The notes: a model not told the origin generated them from the sequence alone. 64,000 bases of DNA from an uncultured delta proteobacterium (GCA_963708515.1 CAVPSX010000015.1:6396-70395), one strand, 5' to 3'. Shown: positions 31,242 to 41,463, counted from the first letter of the stretch. Numbers and translations: made by a program.

Positions 31242-33044
31242 ATGAAAGAAGAGCGCACAGATCTTCGGCAAGCGGAAAAAGAGCTCAGAGAGAGCGAGGC
31301 GCTGTATCGCGCCCTCGCGGAGAAGTCCATGTCCGGTGTTTATGTCGTGCAGGACGGCGTGTTCAAGTTTATCAATGCCAATGCCGCGGACTACGTCGGT
31401 CACAAAAAAGAAGAGCTGATCGGCAGAAAAACGCTTGAGATCGTATATCCCGAAGACAGGAAGGATCTCGTTACCAACGCCCGGGCGATGCTGCGAGGCG
31501 AGCAACATTCCCCTTATGAGTACCGTGTCATTACAAAAGATGGGCAGATCCGGTGGATCATGGAGACGGTTACACCGATTGTTTACGAGGGCAAACCTGC
31601 GGTCCTCGGGAACTCCATGAATACGTCCTGGGCCCTCTCGAGGATGGACGTAGGGATCGTGATGGCCATCATCGAGGCCGTTTACGACGGCGTGTACATT
31701 ATCGATATGGATGGTTATTTCATTGCAGCGAACAAGGGGTTTGAGAGAATTACAGCCATCAGCCGGGAGGAACTGATCGGGCAGCACACGAACTATCTGA
31801 CTGAAAGGAAATATATCAACGAAGCCGTCAATGTCGATGTCCTCAAGGATCTGAAGACCCGGTCGAAGTTGATCCGCTATCCGAGCGGGAAGGAAGTGCT
31901 TGTCTCGGCTGCCGTGGTCTGGGATAAGAATAACAGGGCCGTCGGCGTGGTCAGCACGCTGCAAGACCTGACGGAACTCAATAACATGCAGAAGAGTTTG
32001 GTTCAATCCAATGTTTTGGTTGAAAAATATAAAAGGAAGCTGGACCATCTGGCGGAAAAGTTAGAGCTCAACAAGCATGAATTTATCACTCAAACGGCGG
32101 AAGGCAAGCATGTCCTGACGCTCGCGGAAAAGGTCGCCGGTTCCAATGTCACCGTCCTGATTACGGGGGACTCCGGTGTCGGAAAGGACGTGATCGCCAG
32201 ATACATTCATGAGCACAGCAAGCGCAAGGAGAAAGGCGCTTTCACAAAAGTGGACTGCGCCGCGATGCCTGCAAACCTGCTGGAGTCGGAACTTTTCGGA
32301 TACGAGAAAGGCGCCTTTACGAATGCCAGAAACGAAGGTAAAAAAGGATTGATCGAAGTTGCCGACAAGGGCACCCTGTTTCTGGACGAAATCGGGGAAT
32401 TGCCTTTCGAACTGCAGTCCAAGTTATTGAATGTCATCCAGGATAAAGAATTTAAAAGAATCGGCGGATTGACCACGCTGTCGGCCGATGTCCGGATCAT
32501 TGCCGCGAGCAACCGCAATATCGGGGAGATGGTCAGGAACCGTACATTCAGGCAGGATCTTTACTATCGGTTGAGCGTCGTTCCCATACAGGTGCCGCCC
32601 CTGCGGGAAAGGCGGGAGGACATCGTCCCCCTTGTTTTGCATTTTCTGAATTATTTCAACAATATATACAATACGAGCAATTATATCTTCAAGGGGGCCC
32701 TGGACTATCTGAAAACTTACGACTGGCCGGGCAATGTGCGGGAATTAAAGAACATGATCGAACGGTTTGTGATCGTCAATCCCGATGTTGAAATTCAAGT
32801 CGCCGATATCGACGCCGAGATCAGGAACCTCTCCAAAGTTAACTTGACGCATCTCGATGAGATGAAAATCCTCAACCGGGTCGGCCCGCTGAAAAACCAC
32901 GTGCATCAGCTTGAGAAGGAACTGATCAAGGCGGCATTGGAAATGCATCGCACGCTGGCCGATGCTGCCGGCGATCTCGGAATCGACATTTCAACCCTGA
33001 CGAGAAAAAAGCAGAAATACGGACTCCGTGGCGGCTGGGATTAA
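31242..33044 (+). CDS. PAS-domain sigma54-dependent enhancer-binding protein
   Basis: Two PAS domains, GDSGVGKD Walker A, GAFTNA, LFLDEIGE, WPGNVREL, Fis-type HTH. Confidence 0.93.
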   Translation: MKEERTDLRQAEKELRESEALYRALAEKSMSGVYVVQDGVFKFINANAADYVGHKKEELIGRKTLEIVYPEDRKDLVTNARAMLRGEQHSPYEYRVITKDGQIRWIMETVTPIVYEGKPAVLGNSMNTSWALSRMDVGIVMAIIEAVYDGVYIIDMDGYFIAANKGFERITAISREELIGQHTNYLTERKYINEAVNVDVLKDLKTRSKLIRYPSGKEVLVSAAVVWDKNNRAVGVVSTLQDLTELNNMQKSLVQSNVLVEKYKRKLDHLAEKLELNKHEFITQTAEGKHVLTLAEKVAGSNVTVLITGDSGVGKDVIARYIHEHSKRKEKGAFTKVDCAAMPANLLESELFGYEKGAFTNARNEGKKGLIEVADKGTLFLDEIGELPFELQSKLLNVIQDKEFKRIGGLTTLSADVRIIAASNRNIGEMVRNRTFRQDLYYRLSVVPIQVPPLRERREDIVPLVLHFLNYFNNIYNTSNYIFKGALDYLKTYDWPGNVRELKNMIERFVIVNPDVEIQVADIDAEIRNLSKVNLTHLDEMKILNRVGPLKNHVHQLEKELIKAALEMHRTLADAAGDLGIDISTLTRKKQKYGLRGGWD

Positions 33045-33074
33045 AAAGGGAACTGTCCCCTTTTTAATCCAGCC
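33033..33074. terminator. Palindrome overlapping the bEBP stop codon
   Basis: GGATTAAAAAGGG-AACTGTC-CCCTTTTTAATCC. Confidence 0.6.
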
Positions 33075-33081
33075 TCCGTTG

Positions 33082-33117
33082 CTGTGCGTAAATGCACATC
33101 TGTGCATTTACGCACAG
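33082..33117. promoter_or_regulatory. Putative upstream activating sequence (bEBP binding site)
   Basis: Perfect 17-bp inverted repeat CTGTGCGTAAATGCACA-tc-TGTGCATTTACGCACAG, ~80 bp upstream of a -24/-12 element. Confidence 0.65.
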
Positions 33118-33191
33118 GCATCTTTACATAACCTCCGATTAACCACAAAAACAAACCATGTTAATTTAATCGCTTATGTTTATTTTTCAAA

Positions 33192-33208
33192 TTGGTATGC
33201 CTGTTGCT
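33192..33208 (+). promoter_or_regulatory. Sigma54 (-24/-12) promoter
   Basis: TTGGTATGCCTGTTGCT with GG-N10-GC spacing, downstream of the bEBP gene and upstream of the operon. Confidence 0.75.
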
Positions 33209-33353
33209 GTATGGTTAAGACAAATTCACAGACAGATGATGCTCTAACTTAATTTCTTTGAAGGAAAGGAGGTGGAAAAGCGCTTTGAGTGTCAGGAGAG
33301 GGTAAGGAAATGATAGATCAGGGGGCAGAATCTACAGGATGGAGGTTGGCAAA

Positions 33354-34358
33354 ATGGAAATATTAGAACAAGGCAGCGGAGAGATTTTCTCGAAAATCAC
33401 CCCTGATGATTTCCGCAGTCACATGCTCGCCAAGACAGAAAGAGCCAATACGGACAAGCGCATGGAATTAAAAGAGGCCATCAAGCGTTTCATCAGGACA
33501 GGTGATTATATATCCATCGGCGGATGCAGCATTGTACGCCTGCCCATCGCCTTCATCCATGAGGTCTTGAGACAGGGATATTATTTCAGAATGGCTGCGG
33601 GTACGCGGACATTCGATGTGGATCTGCTCCTGGATAACGACAGGATCATGGAACTGGATATCGGCTATATCCTGGGGCTCGAGATGCTGGGCATTCCGCA
33701 ATATACCAGGACCCGCGTCAAGGAGAGGCTGGCAAAAGGCGAGCTCAAAATTACCGAGTGGTCGAATGGAACCATGGCTTGGCGGCACAAGGCCGCATCC
33801 ATGGGAGTCTCTTTCCTGCCGGTGCGAAGCCTGGCCGGGACCGATACGTTCAAGCACAGCGCTGCGAAGAAAGTCAAATGTCCCTTTACGGGGATCGATA
33901 TGATTCTGGTTCCGGCCCTGTACTGCGATGCGTGCATCATCCATGTGCACCGGGCGGACAAGTACGGGAACTGCCAGATCGACGGCATGCTGAATGAGGA
34001 TCTGGAGAAGGCACGCTCCGCAAAAAATCTCATTATCACGACGGAACAAATCATCGACACCGACGAAATCCGCAAGGACGGCTCCAAAACCGTGATTCCC
34101 CAGTTCTACGTGGACGCCGTTGTCGAGATTCCCTGCGGCGCCTATCCCACGAATATGCCGGGAATGTACTACCTGGATCTGGACCATTTAAAAGCTTATG
34201 CAAAAGCCGCCGAGGATCGTTCCGGAGAAAGCCTGAAAACTTATTACCTCGACTATGTATTCGGGACGAATGATTTTGATGAATTTCTCGAAAAGTGCGG
34301 CGGCCGCAAGCGGATCGAGGAACTTAAAGCAGTTGAATTGATGGAAGGGAGAGCCTGA
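33354..34358 (+). CDS. Family I CoA-transferase subunit A (glutaconate CoA-transferase GctA-like)
   Basis: EWSNG, AASMGVSFLPVRSLAGTD, IHVHRADKYGN, GAYPTNMPGMY. Confidence 0.88.
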   Translation: MEILEQGSGEIFSKITPDDFRSHMLAKTERANTDKRMELKEAIKRFIRTGDYISIGGCSIVRLPIAFIHEVLRQGYYFRMAAGTRTFDVDLLLDNDRIMELDIGYILGLEMLGIPQYTRTRVKERLAKGELKITEWSNGTMAWRHKAASMGVSFLPVRSLAGTDTFKHSAAKKVKCPFTGIDMILVPALYCDACIIHVHRADKYGNCQIDGMLNEDLEKARSAKNLIITTEQIIDTDEIRKDGSKTVIPQFYVDAVVEIPCGAYPTNMPGMYYLDLDHLKAYAKAAEDRSGESLKTYYLDYVFGTNDFDEFLEKCGGRKRIEELKAVELMEGRA

Positions 34359-34363
34359 GGGTT

Positions 34364-35155
34364 ATGGAAAAGAAAAAGTACAACCCGATCGAACTTATGG
34401 CAACGGTCGCCTCGCGGCATCTCGAAGACGGCAAAGTGATTTTCGCCGGCACCGGCATTCCCATGCTTGCCGCCGCCCTGGCCCAGAAGATTCACTCTCC
34501 TAATCTGGTTCTCGTTTTTGAAGCGGGCGGCATTTCTCCGAAAGCGTCCATGTTGCCCCTTTCGGTGGCGGATTCGCGGACCACCTACCGGGCGATTTCC
34601 TGTGCGAATATGCCCGAAGCGATGGAGATGCTGCAAAAAGGGCTGGTTACATACGCGTTTTTGGGCGGCGCCCAGATCGACAAATACGGGAATCTCAATT
34701 CCACGATGATCGGGGACGATTACCAGAATCCCCGGACAAGATTGCCTGGCAGTGGCGGCGCCAACGAGCTGGGCTCGCTGGCCTGGAAGACGCTGATCAT
34801 CATGAATCACAGCCGCAGGCGTTTTGTCGAAAAAGTCGATTTCATTACAACGCCCGGCTATCTGGACGGACCCGGCGCCCGCGAGCGGGCAGGGCTGCCG
34901 CCGGGAAACGGCCCCCATCTCGTTTTTACCGAGTTGGGGATATTCGATTTCGAGGAGAAAAGCAGGCGCATGCGCTTGAAATCCCTATTGCCTGGTGTTT
35001 CCCGGGAAAAGGTGATAGAAGAGACAGGTTTTGATCTGCTGATTTCAGACCATGTCGGTCGGGAGGAAGAACCGACTCGGGAGGAACTCAGAGCGTTGCG
35101 GGAGGATGTGGACCCCTGGAGGGTGGTGCTCAGCCGGGGAGACAGCAGTGATTGA
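34364..35155 (+). CDS. Family I CoA-transferase subunit B (GctB-like)
   Basis: FAGTGIP, LVFEAGG (catalytic Glu position), GGAQIDKYGNLN, GSGGAN, VDFITTPG. Confidence 0.9.
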   Translation: MEKKKYNPIELMATVASRHLEDGKVIFAGTGIPMLAAALAQKIHSPNLVLVFEAGGISPKASMLPLSVADSRTTYRAISCANMPEAMEMLQKGLVTYAFLGGAQIDKYGNLNSTMIGDDYQNPRTRLPGSGGANELGSLAWKTLIIMNHSRRRFVEKVDFITTPGYLDGPGARERAGLPPGNGPHLVFTELGIFDFEEKSRRMRLKSLLPGVSREKVIEETGFDLLISDHVGREEEPTREELRALREDVDPWRVVLSRGDSSD

Positions 35156-35209
35156 TTTTCTCCCCGCTGCTTGAGGCGGGGAACAACCAAAAGAAAAGGA
35201 GAAAAAGCG

Positions 35210-36304
35210 ATGAAAAAGAGTTTGACAATCATGGTCGCCGTCGTACTCGCGACGGTATTCTGCGCGGGTCTCGCCATGGCCCAGTCCGGCGTCATTAAAT
35301 GGAAGATGGTCTCCACCTGGACGCCGTCCATCGATCTGCTCGAAGGCGACAAGAACTTCGCCAAGCTCGTCAACGAGATGAGCGCCGGACGCCTTCAGAT
35401 CACGGTCTCGCCCGCGGGCGAGCTGGTCCCGGCCAATGCGGTTTTCGACACCGTTGCCAAGGGCTCCGTAGAGTGCGGCGGCGACTGGCCGAGCTACTGG
35501 GCCGGCAAGAACAGCGCCTTCGACCTTCTCGGTTCCTTCCCGATGGGGCTGACCCAGTACGACTACATCAACTGGTACTACCATTACGGCGGGAAGAAGG
35601 TTTTCGACGACCTGTTCGGAAAGTACAATATGGTCTATTTCCTGACGTCCGTCAGTCCGCAGGAATCGGGCATCCGGACCCGCGTCCCGATCAAAACGCT
35701 GGCCGATTACAAAGGCAAGAAACTCCGCATGTCCGGCAAGGCCCAGGGTCATATCTTGAAGAAGCTGGGGGCCGCCCAGGTCATGGTGTCCGGCGGCGAG
35801 ATCTACCAGGCCCTGCAGATGGGGACCATCGACGGCGCCGAGTTCAGTGTTCCCTCGATCGACTGGAAGATGGGCTTCGCCGAGGTGACGAAGTACAATA
35901 TCGGTCCCGGGTGGCATCAGCCCTCCTCCACCTTCGGCGTCATGATCAACAAGGACGCCTGGGCAAAACTTCCGGCGGATCTGAAGCTGGTCGTCGAGAG
36001 GGCGGCCCAGGCCAATATGGCTGTCATGAGCAGCTGGTATGAAACCGGCAACATGAGCGCCCTGTATAACTTCAAGCAGAAGGGCACGCAGGTCATCCGG
36101 CTCTCCAACAACGATCTCAAGAAGCTCGAGGAGTATGCCTGGGAGTTCCTCGTGGATGAGGCGTCCAAGAACCCCGATTATCAAAAGGCCGCCCTTTCCA
36201 TGTTCCAGTACCTGAAGGACTTCCGTGACGTCAGGGATTTCCAGGAGCCGTTTGCACAGGGAAGAAACCCCTTTACGATTCCGAAACTTCCCGGGCTTAA
36301 ATAA
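35210..36304 (+). CDS. dctP: TRAP transporter substrate-binding protein (TakP-like)
   Basis: Signal peptide; WKMVSTW; KLRMSG; EIYQALQMGTIDGAEF; PGWHQP. Confidence 0.92.
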   Translation: MKKSLTIMVAVVLATVFCAGLAMAQSGVIKWKMVSTWTPSIDLLEGDKNFAKLVNEMSAGRLQITVSPAGELVPANAVFDTVAKGSVECGGDWPSYWAGKNSAFDLLGSFPMGLTQYDYINWYYHYGGKKVFDDLFGKYNMVYFLTSVSPQESGIRTRVPIKTLADYKGKKLRMSGKAQGHILKKLGAAQVMVSGGEIYQALQMGTIDGAEFSVPSIDWKMGFAEVTKYNIGPGWHQPSSTFGVMINKDAWAKLPADLKLVVERAAQANMAVMSSWYETGNMSALYNFKQKGTQVIRLSNNDLKKLEEYAWEFLVDEASKNPDYQKAALSMFQYLKDFRDVRDFQEPFAQGRNPFTIPKLPGLK

Positions 36305-36376
36305 GCGGGTGAACGCATCGGGGCGTCCGGCCGGTTGCCGGGCGCTCCGAAATTCAACAGAAAGAGGTTTTCCGAT

Positions 36377-36892
36377 ATGAACACATTGCTTGGCTTATCC
36401 AAGAAGATCGATGCGTTAAGCACATGGACGGGGAAGGTCTTCAGCTACTTACTGATCCCCCTGACGGTGTGCGTCGTCTTTGAGGTCGTCACGAGGTACC
36501 TTGGTAGTCCCACGATCTGGACCTTCGAGACAAGCAACTTCTTCTACGGCGCCCATTTCATGCTCGTGGCCGCCTACGGCCTTCTAATGAAATCCCATGT
36601 AAGCATCGATCTGATCTCCACCAAGTTCTCCGGCAAGACGCAGGCCATCGTCTCGCTGTTCTGCTACGCCACCATGTATCTTCCGTTCATTGCGGTATTC
36701 ACCTATTTTGGGTTCGCATACTCGTACAACTCGTGGGGCATGTTGGAAAATTCATGGAGCAGTTGGGGGCCGCCGCTCTATCCCATCAAGACCGTCATCC
36801 CGGTGACCGCCGTGCTGCTGCTCTTGCAGGGCGTCTCGGAGGTCATCAAGACCGTCGACGGTCTTACGCAAACAAAGGAGGTGAGCCGATGA
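36377..36892 (+). CDS. dctQ: TRAP transporter small permease
   Basis: 4 TM helices, HVSIDL; between dctP and dctM. Confidence 0.9.
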   Translation: MNTLLGLSKKIDALSTWTGKVFSYLLIPLTVCVVFEVVTRYLGSPTIWTFETSNFFYGAHFMLVAAYGLLMKSHVSIDLISTKFSGKTQAIVSLFCYATMYLPFIAVFTYFGFAYSYNSWGMLENSWSSWGPPLYPIKTVIPVTAVLLLLQGVSEVIKTVDGLTQTKEVSR

Positions 36893-38214
36893 GTCCTGAA
36901 CTGGCTGCCATCAGCATGTTTGTCGTGCTGGTCATCTTTTTATTCCTGGGGCATCCCCTGGCCTTCGTCCTTGCCGGCGTCGGCGTCATCTTCGGTTTTG
37001 CCTTCATCGGACCGCAGTTCTTCGGTATTTTTATGGAGCGGATTTACGGAACCATGGACAATTTCGTCCTTGTGGCCATCACGCTGTTCATTCTGATGGG
37101 GAACTTCCTCACGATGTCGGGTGTGGCGGATGAACTCTTCAAGGCCCTGCGCGTCCTGCTCGGTCCGATCCGGGGCGGCGTGGGGCTCGCCGTGATCGCG
37201 GTCTGTATCGTCTTTGCGGCCTGCACGGGCATCATCGGCGCCTCGGTCGTCACGATGGGGCTGCTCGTCGGGCCGATGCTGATCCGCTACGGCTACCAGA
37301 GGGAAATCACCATGGGAATGGTCGCGGCAGGCGGGAGTCTCGGGATCCTCATTCCCCCGAGCATCATGCTCGTCATGATGGCCGACCAGGCGGCGATGTC
37401 CGCCGGAAAGCTCCTCATGGCCGGCGTTGTTCCGGGCGTGACGCTGGGCGTCATCTACATGATCTACATCGCGATCCGCTGCGCCATCAATCCGGAAATC
37501 GGGCCTCCCATCCCCGCAGCGGAGCTCGCGTTGATCCCCTTTGCCAAGCGCGTCAAGGACACCCTGCGCTATGCCATCCCACCGCTGGTGCTGATTTTCC
37601 TCGTTCTCGGGGCGATCTTCTTCGGCATCGCCACGGCAACTGAGGCGGCCGGTGTCGGGGCTTTCGCTGCGTTCATCATGGTCGTCGCCTACCGAAAACT
37701 GACCTGGCAGAATTTCACCGACTGTCTCTACTCGACGTCGCGTACCACAACGATGGTCATCATCATCATCATCGGCGCCACCTGCTTCACGGGCGCCTTC
37801 CTGGGTCTGGGCGGAGGCAAGGCCATCGTCGAGGCGATGCTCGGACTCGGTCTGGGGAAATGGGGCACCTACGTCCTGATCATGGTGATCTACATTATCC
37901 TCGGCTGCTTCATCGACTGGATCGGGATCGTCATGATCACGTTTCCGATTTTCCTGCCCGTCGCCCAGGCGCTGGGATTCGACATGCTCTGGTTTGTTGC
38001 CATGCTGGCAATCAACCTCCAGATGTCCTTCCTGACCCCGCCGTTCGGCTATGCCCTGTTCTACCTGTCGGGGCTCGGGATAGAGGGGGTGACTTTGGCC
38101 CACATTTACCGGGGCGTCGTACCGTTTCTGATTCTCCAGGCGATCGGGGTGATGATCTGTACGATTTTCCCGGAGGTTGTCGTCTGGCTGCCCAATGCCA
38201 TGTTAGGGAAATAG
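36889..38214 (+). CDS. dctM: TRAP transporter large permease
   Basis: GSLGILIPPS, ATATEAA, SFLTPPFG. Confidence 0.93.
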   Translation: MSPELAAISMFVVLVIFLFLGHPLAFVLAGVGVIFGFAFIGPQFFGIFMERIYGTMDNFVLVAITLFILMGNFLTMSGVADELFKALRVLLGPIRGGVGLAVIAVCIVFAACTGIIGASVVTMGLLVGPMLIRYGYQREITMGMVAAGGSLGILIPPSIMLVMMADQAAMSAGKLLMAGVVPGVTLGVIYMIYIAIRCAINPEIGPPIPAAELALIPFAKRVKDTLRYAIPPLVLIFLVLGAIFFGIATATEAAGVGAFAAFIMVVAYRKLTWQNFTDCLYSTSRTTTMVIIIIIGATCFTGAFLGLGGGKAIVEAMLGLGLGKWGTYVLIMVIYIILGCFIDWIGIVMITFPIFLPVAQALGFDMLWFVAMLAINLQMSFLTPPFGYALFYLSGLGIEGVTLAHIYRGVVPFLILQAIGVMICTIFPEVVVWLPNAMLGK

Positions 38215-38290
38215 GAGTCGGATCGGCTCTATACATAAAAACCATTTTCATGCTTTGTGCCCCCCCTCCTCGCCGGCATGAGTGGTTTTA

Positions 38291-38332
38291 CAAAAAAGGG
38301 CGAGAAAAGCCATGTTTCCTCGCCCTTTTTTG
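38291..38332. terminator. Bidirectional terminator
   Basis: CAAAAAAGGGCGAG...CTCGCCCTTTTTTG. Confidence 0.7.
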
Positions 38333-38347
38333 TGGTGCAACATATAA

Positions 38348-38650
38348 TTACTTGAGTTTATAGCCCTCTCTGAGGTAGTACCGTCCCCCTTCCAGCATGC
38401 GGACCACGTCCTGTTTGAACAGTTCCTCGAGCGCCTTGGGCCGGTAGTCCTTCAATCCGACATTGATCGTCGGATTTTTGGCGTAAGGCAGCTCCACCGC
38501 CGATGCCGGGTCGAACGCCTTTTTCTCCTTCAAGTCCCGGATGATGAAGTCGCAGGCCTTCTTCATCTTCCAGCCGGCGATGCGCAGCGCCAGGAACAGG
38601 GCTCCGATCACAAATAGAATGAATAAAATGGTCTTGAGGGCTTCCGGCAT
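38348..38650 (-). CDS. Hypothetical membrane-anchored protein
   Basis: 100-aa ORF, N-terminal TM, GGAG RBS, genome-like codon usage. Confidence 0.7.
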   Translation of the reverse strand: MPEALKTILFILFVIGALFLALRIAGWKMKKACDFIIRDLKEKKAFDPASAVELPYAKNPTINVGLKDYRPKALEELFKQDVVRMLEGGRYYLREGYKLK

Positions 38651-38805
38651 GGCGGTAAACTCCTGAGATGCTGTTTGTGACCCGTGTGTATGTCTCGTCT
38701 CACGATTCTTTTCTAAATTTAATAGCACCGGTAAGGAAAGGGGGTCAATAAAAATCAAGGCCGCAGACCTGCAAAAATATGGGACGCTTCCCAGTCAGAG
38801 GTCCG

Positions 38806-41388
38806 TCAGACGCTATCCTGCTGCCGGCCGAGCACCCGGTAAATCTTTATCTTTCCCGAATCGCTGTCCGCATGATGGTCGATCTCTTCGACTTGAAGGG
38901 CGGATTCGCAGGCGTGGAGGGTTTTTTCGCTGATCAGGATGCCGTTGGGCCAGGGCTTGCACAATAACTGCAGCCTGAAGACATAATTGACAGAATCCCC
39001 GATCACCGTATAGTCCATCTTTTTTTCGAAACCGATATTGCCTACGACCACTTCGCCCGTATGGATGCTGACCCCCATGGTCAGGGAGGCACCAAAGCGC
39101 CGTTCCAGGTATGCATTGACGCCTTCCATGCTTCTCTGCATGTCCAGCGCTGCCGCGACGGCGTTATCGACATCCGTCGCGCTGGAAACGGGTGCGCCGA
39201 AAAGCGCCAGGAAACCATCTCCCAGATACTTGTCCACGATCCCGTGATGCCTGAAGACAATCTCTCCCATGGCAGCGAAGAAGTAATTCAGGATAGCGAC
39301 CGTCTTCTGGGGGCCGACCTTATGGGAAAGAACGGAGTAACCGCGGATATCGATGTTCAGCAGCGTGATGATCTTGAATTCGTCTATGACAGGTCTTTCT
39401 TCCGTACCGAGCGTAATCTTGTCGATGACTTCCTTGGGCACGAACTTTTGAAACAGGTTGCGGATGCCCCGTTCCTTTTCGGCCATGGTCATCGTTTCGC
39501 CGTAGAGGCGCGCGTTTTCCATGGCAATGCTTACCGTTGTGGCGATGGACTGCAAAAGCTGCAGATCACCCTGCAGGAATTCTCCCTGGCGCTTGTTGAG
39601 CACTTCGATGACGCCGAGCACCTTTCCCTGGGAGACCAGCGGGACGCAGAGAACGGATCGGGTTTCAAAGCCCGTTATGCGGTCGAAATCCGGCTGGAAA
39701 TACTGGGATTCTTTTACATTCCTGACAATCAGGGACTCTCCCCTTGCTGCGGAATAGCCCGCGATCCCTTTCCCGAGTTTGAACCGGCTTCCCTTCAGGG
39801 TATCGACGTTCATACTGACATTGAAGGCCATTTTGAATTCCAGTTCGTTTCCGTCCAGCAGCAACAGCGATCCGGCCTCCACATCCATAACGACCTGTAT
39901 CATGTCCATGGTATGTTTCAGGACCTTGTCCATGTCGAAAGTCGATGCGGCGAGGGCGCCGCCGATCTGTCTCAAGGTATCCAGTTCCCGGTTCCGCCTG
40001 GCGAATGCGACGAGCAGTCTTTCCTTTTCGATGGCGCGAGACAGGCTGACCGCCATGGCTTCGATCACGGCGCTTCTGTCTTCCAGGGCGTCGGTCGGGA
40101 TGTTGCACATCACCAGGACGCCCGTCACACGACCCTCCACTTTCAGAGGCGTCAGGAGCGCGTTGCGGGCTCCGTGATTTAGGAGGATCTCTTTTTCAAC
40201 GGGATGAATCAAAACGCCCGAGTCGCGGAGAATGAGAGATTCCTGCTGTTTCAACGCCTTGTCAAAAACGGTGCCGGCGCACACATACATCTGTCCCTTA
40301 TTGAGGCTGCTCGGAATCGAGGCCTGGAAGTCGGCAACGGACAGGTTCTGCAGGTTTTCTTCGTCTGCGATCAATATGAGAGCCAGGTCAAAGGAGATCA
40401 CCTCCCTGATTTCGTTCAGGATGGCGTGAAGCAGCTCGCTGCCGCGGAAACTTGAGTTGATGATCGAAGACAGGTTTTCCATGGCCTTGAGCTGGATGGA
40501 TCGGTCCTCGCTTTCTTTTAGCAGGCGGAGGTTGTCAAAAGTGAAAGCGGCGTTGCTCAACAGGGGAACAAGAATGTCTACGTCCTCCTGCGTGAAGGGT
40601 TTTTCGGTCTTTCTTCTGGAAATGGTCAAGACGCCGATGACATCGTTGATGGTCTTCAATGGCATGCAGATGAACGATTTTGTCGCATATTGAGGCCGTG
40701 ACAGGCGTCCGAAGCGCATATCCGTTTCAATATCATCAACCAGAAGCGGCGTCTTGTTGATGACGGCATGCTTCGCGATACTGTCAGCAAAACCGATGCG
40801 CATCCCCTTTGGGGCCATATCGCCGAGGCCGATGCTGGCCTCAATCACGAAGGTGTCCCGTTTCGGCTTTTCCAGGATCATGACGGACCCGATGTCCGCA
40901 TCGGTCAGTCTCAAGGCCCGCTCGAGGGTGATGTAAAGAAGATCCTCCGTGTTGAATGTCATAAAGCAGAGATCGGACAGTTCTTTTAATGTGGAGATAT
41001 CCGATGTCTTTTTTTCCAGGTGCCGGAAGCTGTCCCTCAATTCATGCTCGAGAGTCTGAAAAGAATGGACGATACTCTTGAGTTCATCTTCCGGCGGAAG
41101 CGTCTGAGATGGTGAAAATTCATCGGCAATGGATTGCGAAAAGGTTTTCGAGACGTGGATGACTTCATCGAAGAGCTTGCGCAGTATGATCAAGCCCAAA
41201 AACGAAAAAAACAGCAGAACGATAAAGTAAAAGGGGATGTGCTGGTCGTTCAGGATGTCGTATTTTACGGCAAAGTACAGGAAGCCCGCAATAGGGGCGA
41301 GAAAGAATAATCCGAAGATAACTGAAAGTTTGTAATTCAGCCCCTGGCTTTCGACAGAGAGTCTGCTGAACCGCTTCCGGAGATTCAT
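38806..41388 (-). CDS. Membrane GAF-domain class III adenylate cyclase
   Basis: 2 TM helices, three GAF-like segments, DIRGYS, DKYLGDG, DYTVIGDSVN. Confidence 0.9.
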   Translation of the reverse strand: MNLRKRFSRLSVESQGLNYKLSVIFGLFFLAPIAGFLYFAVKYDILNDQHIPFYFIVLLFFSFLGLIILRKLFDEVIHVSKTFSQSIADEFSPSQTLPPEDELKSIVHSFQTLEHELRDSFRHLEKKTSDISTLKELSDLCFMTFNTEDLLYITLERALRLTDADIGSVMILEKPKRDTFVIEASIGLGDMAPKGMRIGFADSIAKHAVINKTPLLVDDIETDMRFGRLSRPQYATKSFICMPLKTINDVIGVLTISRRKTEKPFTQEDVDILVPLLSNAAFTFDNLRLLKESEDRSIQLKAMENLSSIINSSFRGSELLHAILNEIREVISFDLALILIADEENLQNLSVADFQASIPSSLNKGQMYVCAGTVFDKALKQQESLILRDSGVLIHPVEKEILLNHGARNALLTPLKVEGRVTGVLVMCNIPTDALEDRSAVIEAMAVSLSRAIEKERLLVAFARRNRELDTLRQIGGALAASTFDMDKVLKHTMDMIQVVMDVEAGSLLLLDGNELEFKMAFNVSMNVDTLKGSRFKLGKGIAGYSAARGESLIVRNVKESQYFQPDFDRITGFETRSVLCVPLVSQGKVLGVIEVLNKRQGEFLQGDLQLLQSIATTVSIAMENARLYGETMTMAEKERGIRNLFQKFVPKEVIDKITLGTEERPVIDEFKIITLLNIDIRGYSVLSHKVGPQKTVAILNYFFAAMGEIVFRHHGIVDKYLGDGFLALFGAPVSSATDVDNAVAAALDMQRSMEGVNAYLERRFGASLTMGVSIHTGEVVVGNIGFEKKMDYTVIGDSVNYVFRLQLLCKPWPNGILISEKTLHACESALQVEEIDHHADSDSGKIKIYRVLGRQQDSV

Positions 41389-41463
41389 GACGGCTGTCCC
41401 CCCGATATGATGAACTCGAAAAAAGTCCGATACCTGTCCGGACCTTATCGAGATGAAAGATCA

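Noticed and set aside
33310..33366. 18-codon ORF (MIDQGAESTGWRLAKWKY) as a leader peptide for the CoA-transferase operon
   Set aside because: No attenuator structure seen; a purine-rich leader easily yields chance RBS-like ORFs
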